Source of the DNA: Caldisericum exile
Lineage (GTDB): Bacteria > Caldisericota > Caldisericia > Caldisericales > Caldisericaceae
DNA length: 64,000 nt
Reading direction: 5' to 3'
Assembly (NCBI GenBank): GCA_020722505.1
Contig: DYKR01000001.1
Span: forward strand, 40,407 to 104,406
The position numbers were made by a program, and so were the translations under genes. This document shows positions 59,368-64,000 of this stretch, one piece after another (position 1 is the stretch's first letter; the number at the start of each line of letters is the position of its first letter). Below the pieces are notes generated by a model. It was not told the origin of the DNA, did not search any database, and was given only the letters and a program-made list of their open reading frames with translations.

Positions 59368-60510
59368 TTATCCTATTACAGCCTTTTCTTGAATCAACAT
59401 GCCTTTTTCAAATCTATCAAGCGTAAGATGGTTTGCCTCTTCAAGGAAAAACATACCATAAGTAATGTAGTGAGCAAGAAGTTTGCCTACAATTGGACCT
59501 AACATAAAACCATGCCCGGAGTAGCCTGTCCCTATAAAAACATTCTTGAGCGGTGTTGGTCCTAAAATAGGATGTTTATCGGGTGAGACAACATAAAAAC
59601 CTGACCAATGCCTCATTAACCTTACAGAGGAAAGTTTAGAAAATACACTAACTAATTCACTTGAAAACTTCTGTAAAAAGTTGTAGGTAAGGGTAAGATC
59701 ATCTGTTTCTTCTTCGTTAGTATCTGTGCCACCAATAATTCTTCCCCTGTAGGTTTGTGTAAAATAAAGGCTTCTATCTACAACCATTGGTGAAAGAAAA
59801 ATCTTCAATGGCTCACTTACAACAATCTGGTGCCTGTAATTTTTAACAGGTATATCAAAACCAAGCTTATTAGCAAGACTTTTTGTAGCATATCCTGCTG
59901 CAATTAGTAAATTATCTAACGCATACTCATCTTTATCGGTTTTAATTGAAATAACCCTGTCTGATGTTTTTTTAAAATCAACTACACTCTCATAATCAAA
60001 AATATCAACGCCATGACTTTTAAGAAACATCTCTAAAGAATCCAACACATCCTGAGGATAGGCAGAGCCATCTGATGGACACCAAGAAGCCCCAAAAATT
60101 CCCTCAAGATTAATATCGGGAACAATTTCTTTTATCTCATCTTTAGAAATAATTCTACTATCAACACCAAAAAGGTTCTGTAAAGCAACATACTTTCTGT
60201 ACTCATTATCTTCTTCTTCACTTCTAAGAAGCCAAAGGTATCCTCCTTGCCTAAAATGGATTGGTTTTGGCAAAATTTCTTCCCATAAGCGCCAAATTTT
60301 TACAGATTCTCTCATAAGGACAATGTGCTCTTTGGTGGTAAACTGTTGCCTTATACCTGTGCCGCAACGTCCGGTCGAACCAGAACCAATGTATTCCTTT
60401 TCTATAATGGCAATTTTTCTAACTCCATTTTTAACAAGGTAGTATGCTGTTGCTAAACCAATAATTCCGCCACCAACAACTACAACATCATAACTTTTCA
60501 TTTTTTTCAC
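59368..60510 (-). CDS. FAD-dependent amino-acid dehydrogenase; dye-linked L-proline dehydrogenase beta-like
   Basis: 'VVGGGIIG', 'IGSGSTGRCGTGIRQQF', 'PDKHPILG', 'GYSGHGFM'. Confidence 0.85.
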   Translation of the reverse strand: MKKMKSYDVVVVGGGIIGLATAYYLVKNGVRKIAIIEKEYIGSGSTGRCGTGIRQQFTTKEHIVLMRESVKIWRLWEEILPKPIHFRQGGYLWLLRSEEEDNEYRKYVALQNLFGVDSRIISKDEIKEIVPDINLEGIFGASWCPSDGSAYPQDVLDSLEMFLKSHGVDIFDYESVVDFKKTSDRVISIKTDKDEYALDNLLIAAGYATKSLANKLGFDIPVKNYRHQIVVSEPLKIFLSPMVVDRSLYFTQTYRGRIIGGTDTNEEETDDLTLTYNFLQKFSSELVSVFSKLSSVRLMRHWSGFYVVSPDKHPILGPTPLKNVFIGTGYSGHGFMLGPIVGKLLAHYITYGMFFLEEANHLTLDRFEKGMLIQEKAVIG

Positions 60511-60569
60511 TACCTCCTTTCAAAATCTATTCATAAAACTAACTAATACTATAAAATTTACAAAGCACT

Positions 60570-60836
60570 CTATTTTTTGGGAACATTTACAAAAATACCA
60601 AAAGGAACCGGTGTTTCAGGAGGGCGAATAGTTATGTTTTGAGGGAAATTGCCACTAAGTTCATAGAGTATCCTTTGTAAAAGTGGAATACAAGTTTTCC
60701 CTTGGCAAGGTCCAGTGCCTATTTTCAAATACCTTCTTAAGGATTCAATATCCTTATAGCCTTCGTTGAACGCCCTTACGATTTCTTCGTAGGTAACATC
60801 CTCACAACGACAAATAATAACATTCTTTTTATCCAT
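60570..60836 (-). CDS. BFD-like [2Fe-2S] small subunit (PdhX-like)
   Basis: 'ICRCEDVT', 'GTGPCQGKTC', 'RPP'. Confidence 0.85.
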   Translation of the reverse strand: MDKKNVIICRCEDVTYEEIVRAFNEGYKDIESLRRYLKIGTGPCQGKTCIPLLQRILYELSGNFPQNITIRPPETPVPFGIFVNVPKK

Positions 60837-61320
60837 TCTTCACCCCTATATTTCTCACTTCATAAATTAAAGACTTTTCTTTAAATGAAACGGTAATTAA
60901 AGAGGAGTAAGTATTTTTTTCAACTTTTATGACTCTTTTCACAATGCCTGTTCCTATTCTTTTACCAGTTCTATCCAATAAATACACTTCATCTAATACC
61001 TTAGGTAAAGGTAACATCTCATAAGGAAGAGTGATTTCATACGAATCTTTATTTTTAAAAACTAAAAATAGGGCAAGACCCGGACAAACCTGAACACACT
61101 TTCCACATCCGATACACTGTTCATAATTTATAACAGGGATAGAACTTATGTCTTGCATTGTAATTGCCTTAGTAGGACAAGATGAAACACAAGGATTACA
61201 TGGTATCTCCTGAACACACTCACTTACTGCAACAGGATGTAAAGAAAATACATCCTCACTTGGAAAATTATCAATAATATCTGACACCTCAAGATATCCT
61301 TTTTCTAAATAATTACTCAT
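60829..61320 (-). CDS. [4Fe-4S] ferredoxin-like subunit (PdhF-like)
   Basis: 'ECVQEIPCNPCVSSCP', 'CIGCGKCVQVCPGLA', 'LPYEMLP'. Confidence 0.85.
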   Translation of the reverse strand: MSNYLEKGYLEVSDIIDNFPSEDVFSLHPVAVSECVQEIPCNPCVSSCPTKAITMQDISSIPVINYEQCIGCGKCVQVCPGLALFLVFKNKDSYEITLPYEMLPLPKVLDEVYLLDRTGKRIGTGIVKRVIKVEKNTYSSLITVSFKEKSLIYEVRNIGVKNG

Positions 61321-62713
61321 AAGCCACCTCTTTTAAACCTTGTAGTATCTTTTTAGAGAAAGGAGTGCTTCTCAATTTAGCAAGGTCCAATTCCAATGCT
61401 TCTTTCTCTTTTTCAACATCAAAGCCAAGTTTTTTAAGAATTGATAAAGAGGCAAGCTTACCTTCAAGCATCGCTGTAGATGCTTCCTCAATACCTCCCA
61501 CATCTCCTGCTATATAAAAGTTTTTTACACTTGTTTCTAATTCCTTACTTCTTAAAGGCACGTATCCTCCTAATGAAGGAATGTATTTCATTTCACACCC
61601 AGCCTGCGCTAAAAGTTGATAAGACGGCTGAAGCCCTACCGACAATAAAATTGCATCAACATCTATTTCAAACTCCTTTGAAGTTTCATTAAAATTCTCA
61701 TCAAGTTCAACTAAGATTGCTTTTTCTACTTTATCTACACCAACCGCTTTCTTAATGGTAGTCCTTGTGTATATGGGGACTCCAAAACGAGTAAGCTTTG
61801 CTGCATGCACAAAATAGCCTCCAATTTTGTCGCTTGCCTCAACAACTGCCTTAACATTAATACCTGCTTGTAATAACTGGTAAGAAACAATCAATCCTAC
61901 ATTACCTGCCCCAACCATTAAAACATTCGTGCCAACTTTAATACCATAAACGTTAACAAGTGTCTGTGCTGCACCTGCACCCATAACATTTGGAAGGTCA
62001 TTTCCTTCAAAAGGAATCATCTTTTCCGAAGCGCCTGTTGCAAAAACTACAAACTTTGGAAATATCTTTAATAGTTCATTATCCTTAAAGGCAAGAAAAA
62101 CATTTTCCCTTGGATAAAAGGAAAAGAGAGTTGTATTAGTAAAATAATTTACATCTAATGAGTTTAACTCTTTTACCAATTCATTTGCGATCTCTATTCC
62201 CCGTGTTCCTGCCTTTTCCTTTTGCGAACCAAAAAATTTATGTGTCTGCTTAATGAGTTGACCACCTAAATTCGGGTTTTGTTCGATAAGAAGAACGTCA
62301 ACGCCTTTTTCCTTAAGAGTAATAGAAGCCATAAGTCCAGCAGGACCTGATCCAATTACCAATACAGTTGGAGAGTATTCCTTTTCACTTTTTAAAAATT
62401 CACTTGTCTTTGGTAAATCCCCTAAACCGTTTTGCCTTTTAACCTTCATACCCTCCTGAACATTAAGGATACAAGTTCTAACATTCGGGATTCCGTTTAC
62501 TTCCATTAAACAAGAAGAGCATTTTCCAATTGCACAAAAAAGACCTCTTGGCCTATGCAATTTAGGACTATAAGAAAAAACATTTATCCCGTTTCTGTAT
62601 AGCGCCATTGCTACTGTCTCTTGAGGGTATGCTTCAACGGGATTGCCTTCGAAAAAAAATGTGATTTTACTTTTTCTTTCAAAACGAAGTATAGGATGTT
62701 CAAAAATCTCCAT
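61313..62713 (-). CDS. [2Fe-2S]/FAD NAD(P)-linked oxidoreductase; proline dehydrogenase alpha-like
   Basis: 'HPIL', 'RPRGLFCAIGKCSSC...RTC', 'GSGPAG', 'GGQLIKQTHKFFG', 'GAGNVG', 'AGD..GIEEA'. Confidence 0.85.
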   Translation of the reverse strand: MEIFEHPILRFERKSKITFFFEGNPVEAYPQETVAMALYRNGINVFSYSPKLHRPRGLFCAIGKCSSCLMEVNGIPNVRTCILNVQEGMKVKRQNGLGDLPKTSEFLKSEKEYSPTVLVIGSGPAGLMASITLKEKGVDVLLIEQNPNLGGQLIKQTHKFFGSQKEKAGTRGIEIANELVKELNSLDVNYFTNTTLFSFYPRENVFLAFKDNELLKIFPKFVVFATGASEKMIPFEGNDLPNVMGAGAAQTLVNVYGIKVGTNVLMVGAGNVGLIVSYQLLQAGINVKAVVEASDKIGGYFVHAAKLTRFGVPIYTRTTIKKAVGVDKVEKAILVELDENFNETSKEFEIDVDAILLSVGLQPSYQLLAQAGCEMKYIPSLGGYVPLRSKELETSVKNFYIAGDVGGIEEASTAMLEGKLASLSILKKLGFDVEKEKEALELDLAKLRSTPFSKKILQGLKEVAYE

Positions 62714-62755
62714 AGCCCACCACCTTTCTCCATGCCAAAATATTATAAAAAGAGT

Positions 62756-63133
62756 TTAGTAAACACCAAGCCTACGCAAATCTTCCTCTCCTAATCCAAA
62801 ATAATGCCCTATTTCATGCAAAACGACTTTTCTCACTTTTACCTCAAAAGGAATACCTTCTACATGCGATACCCTCAAAATAGGTTCAACAAAGATATAT
62901 ATTCTATCAGGTAATACCCAATTGTAATTTGCACCTCTTCTGTTTAGAGGAATACCAACATAGAGACCAAGTAGTATGCCATTAGTTAGATGAAGTTCGT
63001 TAATAAATTTCCTCGAAGGGAAGTCTTCGATTATAAACTCAACATTTTTAAGGTTGTTTTTAAAATCGTTAGGTAAAGAATCCATTACATCCTCAACTAT
63101 TCTCTTTACAATTAAAAAGACATCATTTTCCAC
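62756..63133 (-). CDS. Zincin-like metallopeptidase family protein
   Basis: 'LLGLYVGIPL..R', 'PDRIYIF', 'HEIGHYFG'. Confidence 0.88.
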   Translation of the reverse strand: MENDVFLIVKRIVEDVMDSLPNDFKNNLKNVEFIIEDFPSRKFINELHLTNGILLGLYVGIPLNRRGANYNWVLPDRIYIFVEPILRVSHVEGIPFEVKVRKVVLHEIGHYFGLGEEDLRRLGVY

Positions 63134-63556
63134 AAGAGATTATAATTGAATTGTAGATAAATCCATAGAAAAAAGTGGCAAAACAAAATACCTAAGGAAA
63201 CTGTAGTTAAAATACTTAATGCTTTTGTATAAGGGACAATTAAAGAACAGGGAAGAGAAAAAACCAACGTTGACAATTATTTAAATTATTTTTATACTAT
63301 AGATGCAGGAGCCAGAAATTAAAGAAGACAGTTATAGAAAGCTAAATAAGACGTTGTTTTGAACAATAGAGAACTATAAAGGTTTGCAAATGTATTTAGA
63401 TATACGACGTTTGGCAAAATATTAATTAAGACCAAGAGGATGTAATGAATAATAAAAAGATATATTTAAAAACTGAAAAAGAACTTCAGCAAGAAATTTT
63501 AAAAAAGTAAGTTTAAATCTAGACTCCAAATTTTGCCATTAAGGTAGGGGTAAAAT

Positions 63557-63736
63557 ATGGGGCAAGAAATAACAATCAAATGCGTATGTGGAAGAGAAAT
63601 TAAACTTAAAGTCTATGGAGGTCAATATCAAAACGAATACCGAGGAAAGTGCGAGTGTGGTCGAGAATGGATTTTGACTGAAATATCAGAACTAATGACA
63701 GAAATAAACGCTTGTGAACCTTATAGTGAAATTTAA
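63557..63736 (+). CDS. 59-aa zinc-ribbon-like small protein (absent from the ORF track)
   Basis: MGQEITIKCVCGREIKLKVYGGQYQNEYRGKCECGREWILTEISELMTEINACEPYSEI; two KCxCGRE knuckles; purine-rich SD-like tract. Confidence 0.6.
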   Translation: MGQEITIKCVCGREIKLKVYGGQYQNEYRGKCECGREWILTEISELMTEINACEPYSEI

Positions 63737-63971
63737 AGAGCCAAACAAACGAGAGCGAAACCAGCACATGTTCATTTGATTGTTGAATACATTATGCAAA
63801 CAATCTATTGAGTGTTGTTTTATTAACTATACTTTTCAGAGTTTAAAATTTTTCAATCATATATGAGAAGACTTATTAAAGCTGAATAAAAACATCTTTA
63901 AGATTTAACAAAAATATAAACTTGCAAATTCTAAAGAAAGTTTTAAAATTATTAAAACAGGAGGTGATAAC

Positions 63972-64000
63972 ATGGAAAACAGTAAAAAAACATCTTTAGG
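63972..64000 (+). CDS. Start of a gene running off the window (MENSKKTSL...)
   Basis: SD GGAGGTG at 63960-66; TTGCAA-16-TAAAAT at 63922-63949. Confidence 0.6.

Noticed and set aside
1-64000. CRISPR arrays, rRNA, IS elements, defence islands
   Set aside because: No regularly spaced repeats, rRNA-like tracts, transposase motifs or recognisable defence genes seen

Overview
AT-rich, gene-dense bacterial core-chromosome segment from what looks like a thermophilic anaerobe (Caldisericum-like; taxonomy is inference from gene content and composition, not checked). About 68 CDS or CDS remnants and one tRNA-Ser(CGA); no rRNA, CRISPR, IS or prophage seen. Mostly housekeeping (trxB, argF, mtnA, rpmB, fakA, pdp, rpe, coaD, asnS, holA, rpsT, mutS2, polX, pheST). 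Most notable: (1) a Thermococcales-like amino-acid energy route: arginine synthetase-like gene plus OTC, a four-gene dye-linked proline dehydrogenase-like cluster, and a regulator-sucCD-korDABC-dicarboxylate transporter operon; (2) a recurring TTGnnn-16 bp-TAnnnT promoter geometry with several leaderless genes, including an exactly symmetric bidirectional promoter sharing one palindromic -35; (3) two unannotated structured RNA candidates, an anti-Shine-Dalgarno sRNA (~9974-10068) and an interlocked three-helix pseudoknot in the asnS leader; (4) several catalytically degenerate enzymes (PolX, DinG, PDO, mini-DHPS); (5) a decaying SdpI/ABC-permease islet between rpmB and asp23-fakA. All family assignments come from motif recognition by eye; no searches were run.
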